Positions 55,356-63,359 of a stretch of 64,000 nucleotides of DNA are shown here, piece after piece (positions within the stretch are counted from its first letter, which is position 1; each line of letters opens with the position of its first letter). The stretch is from NCBI GenBank assembly GCA_965208945.1, contig OZ242366.1:2195827-2259826 (forward strand), given 5' to 3'. Origin of the DNA: Bryobacterales bacterium. Its GTDB lineage: Bacteria; Acidobacteriota; Terriglobia; Bryobacterales; UBA6623. A program made the translations under genes and the position numbers. The notes beneath the pieces were generated by a model that did no database searches, had not been told where the DNA came from, and saw only the letters and a list, made by a program, of their open reading frames with translations.

Positions 55356-55618
55356 CCGCCCTGCGGTCCGCCGTAGCACTACCAGGAGCTCACAGTTTGT
55401 CTGCTTACTCCCGATTGATGGACAAAACGGTCGTACCGGCGTCACCGAATCCTGTTACTGTTCATGGCCCTCACAGGTCGGCGTACTTATGAGGAGCGGG
55501 ACGTGCGGACCCCATCATGGCCCGGAACCAGCGCGGTTCCACCTAGAGGTCGGATATATTGGCGCAGACCAACGTTCAGCAAGAAGGAATAGGTGGACAT
55601 CCCGGGAGCGAACCATAT
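55356..55618 (+). ncRNA. Candidate guide (bridge/seek-type) RNA region in the IS110-family right end
   Basis: Contains tactgttca (55456-55464), the reverse complement of the right target flank tgaacagta. Also contains ggcgtactt (55480-55488), identical to the left target flank. A hairpin ggaacc-agcgc-ggttcc is present. No fold model could be run. Confidence 0.4.
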
Positions 55619-55864
55619 ATTGAACAGTACGTTGAGCACGGCAAGCAAGCGCAACGAAGTCCTGGCGGTCGTATCGCGTGCTTAGACCGCCGGGTGGCGA
55701 GAAATGTAGGCTAGTCGCTCCCGGAACGGTTCCCTGCCATCCCGCGCGCCAAGAGCGCCGGGCGATCGCTTGACGTAGGTGAGCCCTGAGCCGCTATCGA
55801 AGATCAGAGCGGTGTGATAACCTGACAGCAGCTCGACCCGCATACTCATTTGGGAGGAACGAAC

Positions 55865-56752
55865 ATGTCCATCGAGAGACGCCATTTTTTCCGCCACGGA
55901 CTCGCCGTCGGCGCGGCGCTTGCGACCGGCTTGGATCGAAACCGCGCGCACGCCGCCGCACTCCCTCGCAGGTACGCCAACGACGTGGTCGAGTTGGGGC
56001 CCGACAAGGTCAAGCTCTCCCGTCTGGCGATGGGCACCGGCACCAGCGGTTTCGGCGGGTCTTCGAATCAGACGCGCCAGCTCGGCGTCAAGGGCATGGT
56101 CGATTTGGTTTGGTTCGGCTACGACAACGGCGTTACGTTTTGGGATTCGGCGGATCAGTACGGAAGCCATCCGCACCTGAAGGGCGCGCTCAAGCACATC
56201 CCGCGCGAAAAGGTCGCGATCATGACCAAGACCCACGCCAAGACCTACGAAGAGATGCGGCGCGACCTCGACCGCTACAAAAAGGAACTCGGCACGGACT
56301 ACATCGACATCGTCCTGTTGCACGCCATGCGCGAAGTCGATTGGCCCACGCAACGCAAAGGCGCCATGGAATACCTTTCCGAGATGCGCGAGAAGGGTGT
56401 GGTCAGGACGCACGGGGTCTCCTGTCACTCGCTGCCGGCCTTGAAGACCGCCGCCAAGACACCATGGGTGCACGTTGACCTCGCGCGCATCAACCCGATG
56501 GGCGTCGCGATGGATGCCGACCCTGCCACCGTCAAAGACGTCCTGCGCGATATGAAGAGTCAAGGCAAGGGCATCATCGGCATGAAGATTCTGGGCGCGG
56601 GCAAGATGCGCCGTCGGGTCGACGAGATGCTCTCCCACGCGCTTGCGATGGACTTCATCGACACCTTTACGATCGGCGCCGAGAGCGTCCAGGAGCTTGG
56701 CGATCTGGTTCGCCGCATCCCGCAAGCGTCGCAGCGCGGCTGGCCGAGCTAA
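55865..56752 (+). CDS. Aldo/keto reductase, Tat-type signal
   Basis: Starts MSIERRHFFRHGLAVGAALATG after gggagg. AKR blocks are present. Confidence 0.88.
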   Translation: MSIERRHFFRHGLAVGAALATGLDRNRAHAAALPRRYANDVVELGPDKVKLSRLAMGTGTSGFGGSSNQTRQLGVKGMVDLVWFGYDNGVTFWDSADQYGSHPHLKGALKHIPREKVAIMTKTHAKTYEEMRRDLDRYKKELGTDYIDIVLLHAMREVDWPTQRKGAMEYLSEMREKGVVRTHGVSCHSLPALKTAAKTPWVHVDLARINPMGVAMDADPATVKDVLRDMKSQGKGIIGMKILGAGKMRRRVDEMLSHALAMDFIDTFTIGAESVQELGDLVRRIPQASQRGWPS

Positions 56753-56804
56753 GGCTCGGGTGCGACAAGTCACTTTGGTCTCCGGCGCAGCGTCCGCCGT
56801 TCAG

Positions 56805-57533
56805 ATGTCGTCACTCCCCAGTCTGCTTTCCTCGAAGGACATTGCTCCGTCCGAGCGGCTGATTTTCGCCCTGGACGTCCCGACGACCGACGAGGCCCGC
56901 CGGCTTGTCAGGCGCCTCGGCGATGCTGTCCGCTTCTACAAGCTGGGCCTGGAACTCTCCATGGCCGGCGGTTACTTCGAGTTGGTCGATGACCTGCTCG
57001 CTCAAGACAAGAAGGTCTTCGTTGACCTCAAGTTCTTTGACGTTCCCCAGACGGTTCAACGAGCCGTCGCGCGCCTCGACGGACGCGGGATTTCCTTCAC
57101 GACCGTGCACGGCAACGAGAACATCCTGGAAGCGGCATGTTCCGCGAAAGGAGACGTGAAGGTCCTCGCCGTGACCGTGCTGACGAGTCTCGACGAGGGA
57201 GACTTGCGCGACCTGGGATTCCAGTGCAGTCCCAAGGAACTCGTTCTATCGCGCGCTAAACGCGCTATCGCTGTCGGCTGTGACGGCGTTGTCTCGTCGG
57301 GACTCGAAGCGCCGGAGCTGCGGCGCGGGCTGGGCGAGAACTTCCTGGTCGTTACCCCCGGCATCCGCCCGGTGGCCAACGTCGACGACCAGAAGCGGAC
57401 GGTCAACGTCGAGCAGGCTTTTCACAACGGCGCTGACTACATCGTCGTCGGACGGCCGATCAAAGAAGCGCCCGATCCCCGCGAAGCTGCGGAGGCGATC
57501 CAGCAAACGATCTCGGACGTCTTCAGCGGATAA
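56805..57533 (+). CDS. pyrF: Orotidine 5'-phosphate decarboxylase
   Basis: Starts MSSLPSLL. Blocks FALDV and FVDLKFFDVPQT. Confidence 0.9.
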   Translation: MSSLPSLLSSKDIAPSERLIFALDVPTTDEARRLVRRLGDAVRFYKLGLELSMAGGYFELVDDLLAQDKKVFVDLKFFDVPQTVQRAVARLDGRGISFTTVHGNENILEAACSAKGDVKVLAVTVLTSLDEGDLRDLGFQCSPKELVLSRAKRAIAVGCDGVVSSGLEAPELRRGLGENFLVVTPGIRPVANVDDQKRTVNVEQAFHNGADYIVVGRPIKEAPDPREAAEAIQQTISDVFSG

Positions 57534-58101
57534 GGCGGCCTTGGTCCGGCACATCACCGCCGCTGAGGGGGAACTCCTCGATCTTGTGGTACACCGCCCC
57601 GCTCGGCCGCAACTCACTGGTGAAGAGCACGAAGCGATCCACGATCTGCAAGCCGAACTCACGGCCGTGCTCGTCGATGGCCCGCTGCAACTTCGCCGGC
57701 CGGATTCTGCCTTTCACCCGGCCCAGGGTCACATGGGGCCGGTAAGCCCGCCGCTCCCGTTCGATCCCCAACGGAGCCAACGCCTCGTCGACCTTCGCGG
57801 CGAGTCGCGGCAAGTCGTCGACGTGCCGCAGTCCGGCCAGGAAGACCCGAGGGGAGCGCAGATTCGGCAAGACGCCCAATCCGGTGACGGTGAAGCGAAT
57901 CGTACCGGACCTCAACCGGCGAAGCGCCTCGACCACTTCATCGCAACGCCTCTCGGGCCACTCGCCGATGAACTTCAGGGTCAGGTGCTGGTTCTCCTGC
58001 CTCACCCACCGCATGGGCAGTCCGGGCGGCATGGCATCGATGGCCTCCTGCAGAGCTTGCCGGCAGCCTTCGTCCAGTTCGATCGCCGCAAACAAACGCA
58101 T
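57523..58101 (-). CDS. thpR: RNA 2',3'-cyclic phosphodiesterase (2H family)
   Basis: 192 aa. Two HxTxx motifs (HLTLKF and HVTLGR). Confidence 0.85.
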   Translation of the reverse strand: MRLFAAIELDEGCRQALQEAIDAMPPGLPMRWVRQENQHLTLKFIGEWPERRCDEVVEALRRLRSGTIRFTVTGLGVLPNLRSPRVFLAGLRHVDDLPRLAAKVDEALAPLGIERERRAYRPHVTLGRVKGRIRPAKLQRAIDEHGREFGLQIVDRFVLFTSELRPSGAVYHKIEEFPLSGGDVPDQGRLIR

Positions 58102-58105
58102 CTAG

Positions 58106-58139
58106 CCTGCATTTCTCACCACGTGGCGAGACATGCAGG
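58106..58139. mobile_element. Mini-MITE O (34 bp)
   Basis: Sequence cctgcatttctcaccacgtggcgagacatgcagg with CTAG on both flanks. It abuts the thpR start codon. Confidence 0.75.
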
Positions 58140-58204
58140 CTAGCAGTTCCCACAAGAAGTTTCGAAGGAAATAGGCCGCTGTGTTGTAAACTGTCTCGTC
58201 GTCC

Positions 58205-59257
58205 ATGGCTACCGACCGGCATCGGCTCATCCAGGGGTTGCTTCAGCACTACCCCTTCGTGATCAAGAACTTCAGCGCCTACTTCAGGAATCTCTATCGT
58301 CGCAATATTCTCAAGACAACGGTCGTAACGCCCTACTCGGCGATCTTCTACGCCACGCACAAGTGCAATCTCGATTGCGGCTACTGCACCCAGAAGAACC
58401 CGGAAGTCTTCAGCGAGGAGCTCGATACCGAAACGACCATCCGCCTGTTCCGCAACCTGCGCAAGGATGTCGACACATTGTTGATTACGGGCGGCGAGTG
58501 CACCGTCCGCCCCGACATTGAGGAACTCGTCCGTGCGGCCCGGCAGGATGTCAAGTTCCGGTCTGTGCTGGTGGTGACGAACGGCGTGCTGCTCGATAAA
58601 CGCCGGGCGATGCTGCCGCACCTGAGCGGGCTGGTTTGCAGCCTCGACGCGATCTCGCACGACCCCTCCGATCCGATGTCGAAGTCGGCCGCGGTGCCGC
58701 GCGTGCTCGAGAACCTCATGATGGCCAAGCAGATTCTTCCGCCCGATGCCATCACACTGAGTTGCGTTCTCGAATTGTGGAACATCGAAGAAGCCGAGAA
58801 GATCCTGGCGTTCTGTCAGGAGCACGGTTTTTACTTCTCGGTTCAGTCCGCTCAGAACAACGGCAAGTATCCGAACTTCACGTACCTGAAGAATGAGCGC
58901 TACCAACGCTTCGTGGACAAACTCATCTCGATGCGAAGGAACCGCGAGGCGCGTATCAACGGTACGCCCAAGCTGCTCTCGACCGTGCTGCGGTTCGAAG
59001 AGTTCAAGTGTTATCCGACCATGTTCCCGCGCGTCTACCCCAACGGCGACATCTTTTATCCCTGCGAGGTTCTTCGGAAGATCGCCGGGAATGTGCTGGA
59101 GGACGGATCGATCTCCGCGGCGTTCGCCCGCGGGCGCCGGATCTACGGCGAAACCCCGCAGTGCAAGAATAACTGCTTTTTGTTCGGGAACGTCTTATCT
59201 TCCTATTACGTGGAAGACTTCTGGGGATTGGCTGCCGACACCGTCCGGCCCGCCTAG
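58205..59257 (+). CDS. Radical SAM protein with Cys-rich (SPASM/twitch-like) C-terminal region
   Basis: 350 aa. Cluster motif CNLDCGYC. C-terminal CYPTMFPRVYPNGDIFYPCE and CKNNC. Confidence 0.85.
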   Translation: MATDRHRLIQGLLQHYPFVIKNFSAYFRNLYRRNILKTTVVTPYSAIFYATHKCNLDCGYCTQKNPEVFSEELDTETTIRLFRNLRKDVDTLLITGGECTVRPDIEELVRAARQDVKFRSVLVVTNGVLLDKRRAMLPHLSGLVCSLDAISHDPSDPMSKSAAVPRVLENLMMAKQILPPDAITLSCVLELWNIEEAEKILAFCQEHGFYFSVQSAQNNGKYPNFTYLKNERYQRFVDKLISMRRNREARINGTPKLLSTVLRFEEFKCYPTMFPRVYPNGDIFYPCEVLRKIAGNVLEDGSISAAFARGRRIYGETPQCKNNCFLFGNVLSSYYVEDFWGLAADTVRPA

Positions 59258-59971
59258 CCGCTTGAAGCTGTAGATCGCGTGTGCCGCCGTTTCGGCCAGG
59301 TGGGTATGGAACGCGCCGGCGTATTCGAACCGCAGCGCTCTCCCATCCTTCAGGAACAGCTCCATGGGCGCAGTCGCTGTTTGATCGACGTGGGTCTCGC
59401 GCACGGGCGGGTCCTTGGCTTCCGAGACGTAGACCGGTACGTAGGGCTTGCCGTGCACATGGATGTCTTCGATCTCCGGCACGGCAAGGACGCCGGCCAA
59501 GTCGACACCGTCTGCCGGAACGAACAATAGTTCTTGATCTTTCAGCAGGATGTACAGCGGCTCTCCGGTCGGGACGCCGGGAAATCGGCCCGCTGTCAGC
59601 TTCCCGCCGTTGAGAAGGTAGCCCGACTGGTAACGAGCTTGCAGCTTGCGCTCGTGCTCCGGGTCGCGCACGCCCCTGACCAGCAGGGCGAGCAGAACAA
59701 GCACGCTCCCGGGAATCACGAGCCAGAGTTTCGAGAAGCTCATTCCGAGTGCGGCGGCCGCCAGGCCCAATCCTGCTGCGAGAAGCCGCACCCGCCACCA
59801 ATCCGGTCGGCGCCGGCGTCGGCGGACGGTGGGCACGAGCAGGATGACCCAGAAGAAGGCGTACAGAAACGACTCGATCCACTTTGATGGCCGGGCTGGC
59901 CGGTGTGATCTCTTCTTGTCGCCTTCTTGCTGTGCGGGGTCCGACGGAGAGGGTCGGGGGCGCTCCCTCAA
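59195..59971 (-). CDS. Hypothetical membrane protein
   Basis: 258 aa, two TM segments, high third-position GC. ATGA overlap with the glmM stop. The 3' end overlaps the radical SAM gene by about 63 nt in a convergent arrangement. Confidence 0.65.
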   Translation of the reverse strand: MRERPRPSPSDPAQQEGDKKRSHRPARPSKWIESFLYAFFWVILLVPTVRRRRRRPDWWRVRLLAAGLGLAAAALGMSFSKLWLVIPGSVLVLLALLVRGVRDPEHERKLQARYQSGYLLNGGKLTAGRFPGVPTGEPLYILLKDQELLFVPADGVDLAGVLAVPEIEDIHVHGKPYVPVYVSEAKDPPVRETHVDQTATAPMELFLKDGRALRFEYAGAFHTHLAETAAHAIYSFKRLGGPDGVGSQSPEVFHVIGR

Positions 59972-61311
59972 GCCCCTAGCTCCTGCTGAAAGAGTTCCAC
60001 GAGTCGGCGAGTGTGCTCGTCCACCATCGCCTGTGTCTCGGCTTCCACCATCACCCGCGCCAATGGCTCCGTCCCGGAGTAGCGCACGACCACGCGCCCT
60101 CGGCCGTTGAGTTCGTGGCGGCTGCGATCAACGGCGTCAGCAATGGCCGGGACTTCTTCGATAGGAGGTTTCCGGGTCACGCGGACGTTCTCGAGTTTCT
60201 GGGGAAACTCCGCCAGCCGCGTCCTCAGCTCGCTCAAAGGCTTGTTCTCCGCCGCCAGGATCCGCAACATCATCAGGGCCGTCAGCAAGCCGTCGCCCGT
60301 CGTGGCATACGACCGGAAAATGATGTGACCGGACTGCTCGCCGCCCAACTCGGCGCCAACGCGCAACATCTCTTCCAACACATACTTGTCGCCCACTGAA
60401 GTGCGCAACATCGATAGGCCTCTCTCGCCGAGAGCCTTCTCCAAGCCCATGTTGGCCATGACCGTGGTCACGATTCGGTCACCGGGAAGCCGGTCGCGGC
60501 GCGCCAGGTACTCGGCCGCCAACAGCAGGATCACATCGCCATCGACGACGCTGCCATCCTCGGCTACGAACAGTACCCGGTCTGCGTCGCCGTCGAACGC
60601 GACGCCGACGCGGCCGTCGCTTTCGGAAACGCGCTGCCGCAGATTCTCCAGGTGGAGTGAGCCGCATCCCTCGTTGATGTTGCGGCCGTTGGGCTGATCC
60701 CCAATGATCTCTGCATCGACGCCCAGCCGCTCGAAGACTTTGGGAGCGAGTTGTGAGGCGGCCCCGTTAGCGCAGTCGACGATCACTCTGGTGGCGGCGA
60801 TGTCCGGTTCCTCCGCCGCTACCGAGAGCAAATAGTTCAGGTAGGTTTCCTGCAGCGCTTCTTCCGCGTTCAGCCTCTTTGTTTCAGTCCCTCGTCCATC
60901 TTCGCGAAGGAACGCAATCTCAGCCTCGAGGTCTTCTTCTTGACGGTCCGGCAGCTTCATGCCCGACGGTCCGAATACTTTGATGCCATTGTCATGAAAG
61001 GGATTGTGGGACGCCGAAATCATGATGCCCGCCGCGAGACTCCGGGACCGCGTCAGGTAGGCTACACCGGGAGTCGTGATGATACCCGCGGAACGTACCG
61101 CTACGCCCTGGCTTGCAAGACCGCCGGCCAGCTGGGCGGCGATGTGAGGTCCTGATTCGCGGGTATCCATTCCGATCACCGCTGTGGCGTCCACGGTCGC
61201 CCGCAGGCTTTTTCCCAAAGCCGATCCCACCGCAAACACAGTGTCGTCGTCGAGAGGCGGCTCGCCCGCCACGCCGCGGATGCCATCGGTCCCGAAAAGT
61301 TGCTTTGCCAT
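59968..61311 (-). CDS. glmM: Phosphoglucosamine mutase
   Basis: 447 aa. Starts MAKQLFGTDGIRG. Active-site block SASHNP. Confidence 0.93.
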   Translation of the reverse strand: MAKQLFGTDGIRGVAGEPPLDDDTVFAVGSALGKSLRATVDATAVIGMDTRESGPHIAAQLAGGLASQGVAVRSAGIITTPGVAYLTRSRSLAAGIMISASHNPFHDNGIKVFGPSGMKLPDRQEEDLEAEIAFLREDGRGTETKRLNAEEALQETYLNYLLSVAAEEPDIAATRVIVDCANGAASQLAPKVFERLGVDAEIIGDQPNGRNINEGCGSLHLENLRQRVSESDGRVGVAFDGDADRVLFVAEDGSVVDGDVILLLAAEYLARRDRLPGDRIVTTVMANMGLEKALGERGLSMLRTSVGDKYVLEEMLRVGAELGGEQSGHIIFRSYATTGDGLLTALMMLRILAAENKPLSELRTRLAEFPQKLENVRVTRKPPIEEVPAIADAVDRSRHELNGRGRVVVRYSGTEPLARVMVEAETQAMVDEHTRRLVELFQQELGA

Positions 61312-61857
61312 CAGCTTCGCTGCCTTGCGAGAAGCATTCGCACCTGAACCGTCACGTCCGCTCTGTCCTTAAATTGCATGCAAAGATCTGACGCGTGAGT
61401 TGCCCTGAGGAAAGCCCCTTCCGGCGGCGGCTTGACGCAAGCCGATGCGGTCGATCGTCACCTTCCCGCGTGAGCTTGCTCGGATTTCCGGTCCTATGAC
61501 AGTGCGCCGGGAGGTTGACTGCGTGGGAGTCGATGGGTAACCGTTGACGGCTACAGCCGTAAGAGCCTCCCGACATCTCAACGAGTCTGTGGCGAAATCT
61601 TCTTCAGTGTAACGAAAACGCCTGTGACGCCCCCTTCGCCGCATCGTCCGGCACGAAGCTGCCGCAAACCCGTTCCTCAGGATCATGGAGAGGCGACATG
61701 CCTCCGAGCAAGGCCGGCTCTCGATGAGTTGCGCGCCACGGCGCGGCGTCGCGCGGCTGTTACGTCCGGGCCGGACAGGTGTTGCCGAACCCGGCCCAGA
61801 AGCGTCGAATCTTACAGGGAAATGCGCGTGCCTAACCTGAGGTTCGCTGCTTCCAGG

Positions 61858-62640
61858 CTAATCCACGATGTTGGCTTGGAGGACAAGGAAAATGCCATCG
61901 ACCACTCCCTGGACTCCTGCCTTGCCGACCACAACGGTCTTGCCCGCCGGGAGATCCATTTTGGTTTGTATCTGTATGTGCGAGTAGGTAATAGATCCGT
62001 CTGATGTTCGAACGGGAATTTTCCCTTGGAGCCAAACGTAGTTAGCCGAGATGGTATGTCCGCTCGTCGTCGGCTGAATCGCGTTCAAGCGGACAGAGAA
62101 TTCATAAGAAGCGGTAGCAGACCCTTCGACAGCGAGGTCAGGTATCAATCCAGAAATGCGGCTGGGCTCCTGCTCCCGCGAGCGCAAACGCAACGATGCC
62201 GTTTCCAGAAGCTGGTATCCCTGATAGGGGAACCGCTCTCGCAGTTGTTCGACGACGGGCCGGAGCAGGGGTGCCACTTCACTCCCGGAATCGCTGGCGC
62301 GGCTAGCTCCCACCAAATGGGCGGTGATTTCCACGTTCCGGCTAGTGGACCGCCCCGTCGGCGCATCAATTTGCTTGACGCTTTTCTCCACGAATTCCAC
62401 TGTGCTCGGAGGGCCATGGATGACCAGGAGGCCAAGTTCGGAATCCGACCGCAGACGGACGGGGAGGTGACCCAATAGCTTGGGAACACTGTCGGGGTCT
62501 ACATGCTCCAGCTTGACTATCCTCGTGACCGGATCACTTTCCGGTGTTTGTTTTTCTTCACCGAAAGCGCCGCTAGCGCACAACACCAGGGCCGCCATGA
62601 TGATGGTGGTACGAATCCAGAGGGTTGCTTGTCTCTGCAT
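61858..62640 (-). CDS. Hypothetical secreted protein (N-terminal secretin-N/NolW-like segment)
   Basis: 260 aa. Has a signal peptide. Lies 2 nt downstream of the anti-sigma gene. Confidence 0.6.
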   Translation of the reverse strand: MQRQATLWIRTTIIMAALVLCASGAFGEEKQTPESDPVTRIVKLEHVDPDSVPKLLGHLPVRLRSDSELGLLVIHGPPSTVEFVEKSVKQIDAPTGRSTSRNVEITAHLVGASRASDSGSEVAPLLRPVVEQLRERFPYQGYQLLETASLRLRSREQEPSRISGLIPDLAVEGSATASYEFSVRLNAIQPTTSGHTISANYVWLQGKIPVRTSDGSITYSHIQIQTKMDLPAGKTVVVGKAGVQGVVDGIFLVLQANIVD

Positions 62641-62642
62641 GA

Positions 62643-63359
62643 CTATTCTCCGTTCCGGCCCACGAGCCAGTAGATGGTGATATCGGGGTCGCTTGATGCC
62701 ACTTGCAGGACGGCGTCCTGCTTTTCTTCGGGATTGCCGGTGTCCACGTCGGGTAGCGAGACAACGGTGATTACGGGTTCGGGGATCGCCGGCGCCGGCG
62801 CGGCGGCCCGAATGGGCCGTTCCTCGGCTTTGTCGTGACGCGGCGGAAGAGCCGGCGGCGCGGCAGGCTGTTCGACGGATACGGTTCTCTCTTTATCTCT
62901 CTCTTCATCGGGTGAGGGGATCGGCTGCTCCGGCTCTTCCGGAAGCTCACTTGCCTCGCTCGGGAGAGCCGGTTTCGAGGCCACGATGTTTTCCTGCTGG
63001 TCCTGGTTTGCCGACCGAGAGTTCCAGAACGCGATCGTCACCGCCAGCGCCATCGCGAGACCGGCCGCGGCCCAGCGAGGAGCAAGCCATTGCACCGTGA
63101 TCCATCGCCGCCAGTTGGACGAGGCGCCGCCGGTCCGCAGTTCCGCCAGCACCGTAGCGCGCACGGCGTCCAGGCGTTCTTCCGTCACTGAGGATCGATG
63201 GAATGTACGCAACGTTGCCAGACTTGCACGCAATTCCTCGGCGGCGCGGCGACAGTTGCAGCACTCGCTCATGTGGCTCGAAAGCTCGGCAGCCTTTTCG
63301 GGAGGCAGGTCGCCGCCTGCCTCCAGCGCCAACCACTCCTCGTATCGCCGGCAGCTCAC
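62643..63359 (-). CDS. Anti-sigma factor (zf-HC2 type), single TM
   Basis: HMSECCNCRRAAEEL motif. TM segment WAAAGLAMALAVTIAFW. A GTG start at 63359 gives a GTGA overlap with the sigma stop. The track ORF extends to 63416. Confidence 0.75.
   Translation of the reverse strand: MSCRRYEEWLALEAGGDLPPEKAAELSSHMSECCNCRRAAEELRASLATLRTFHRSSVTEERLDAVRATVLAELRTGGASSNWRRWITVQWLAPRWAAAGLAMALAVTIAFWNSRSANQDQQENIVASKPALPSEASELPEEPEQPIPSPDEERDKERTVSVEQPAAPPALPPRHDKAEERPIRAAAPAPAIPEPVITVVSLPDVDTGNPEEKQDAVLQVASSDPDITIYWLVGRNGE

Larger units (their letters stand above)
54181..55618 (+). mobile_element. IS110-family insertion sequence, IS1111-like subgroup
   Basis: Interrupts the MITE centre gcgtactt^gaacagtacg. 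Boundaries are ambiguous by the shared tt. Subterminal inverted repeats GGTTCGCTCCC (54188-54198) and GGGAGCGAACC (55604-55614). Short left end (101 bp) and long right end (263 bp). Confidence 0.85.
52341..55710 (+). mobile_element. MITE copy K (long subfamily) split by two IS insertions
   Basis: The MITE pieces are 52341-52392, 54125-54180 and about 55621-55710, which rejoin into a normal long-subfamily copy. CTAG flanks at 52337-52340 and 55711-55714. Confidence 0.88.

Noticed and set aside
61781-61812. ccgaacccgg resembles part of the c-di-AMP (ydaO) riboswitch 3' consensus, which is tempting because of the adjacent glmM.
   Set aside because: The rest of the consensus (cagctaacctcgtaagc, ACGGGGA elements) is missing. 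The motif is also on the strand opposite to glmM.
61381-61830. Possible RNase P RNA. The plus strand contains gaggaaagcccc, gccgtaagagc, cagtgtaacgaaaac, ccgagcaaggcc and gaacccggc, which are reminiscent of conserved RNase P blocks.
   Set aside because: The universally conserved GAGGAAAGUCC is mismatched. The GGGUGAAA/GGUAAGAGC-CACC module is absent and the motif order differs from type A. The P4 pairing (AAGUCCGG with CCGGCUU) cannot be formed.
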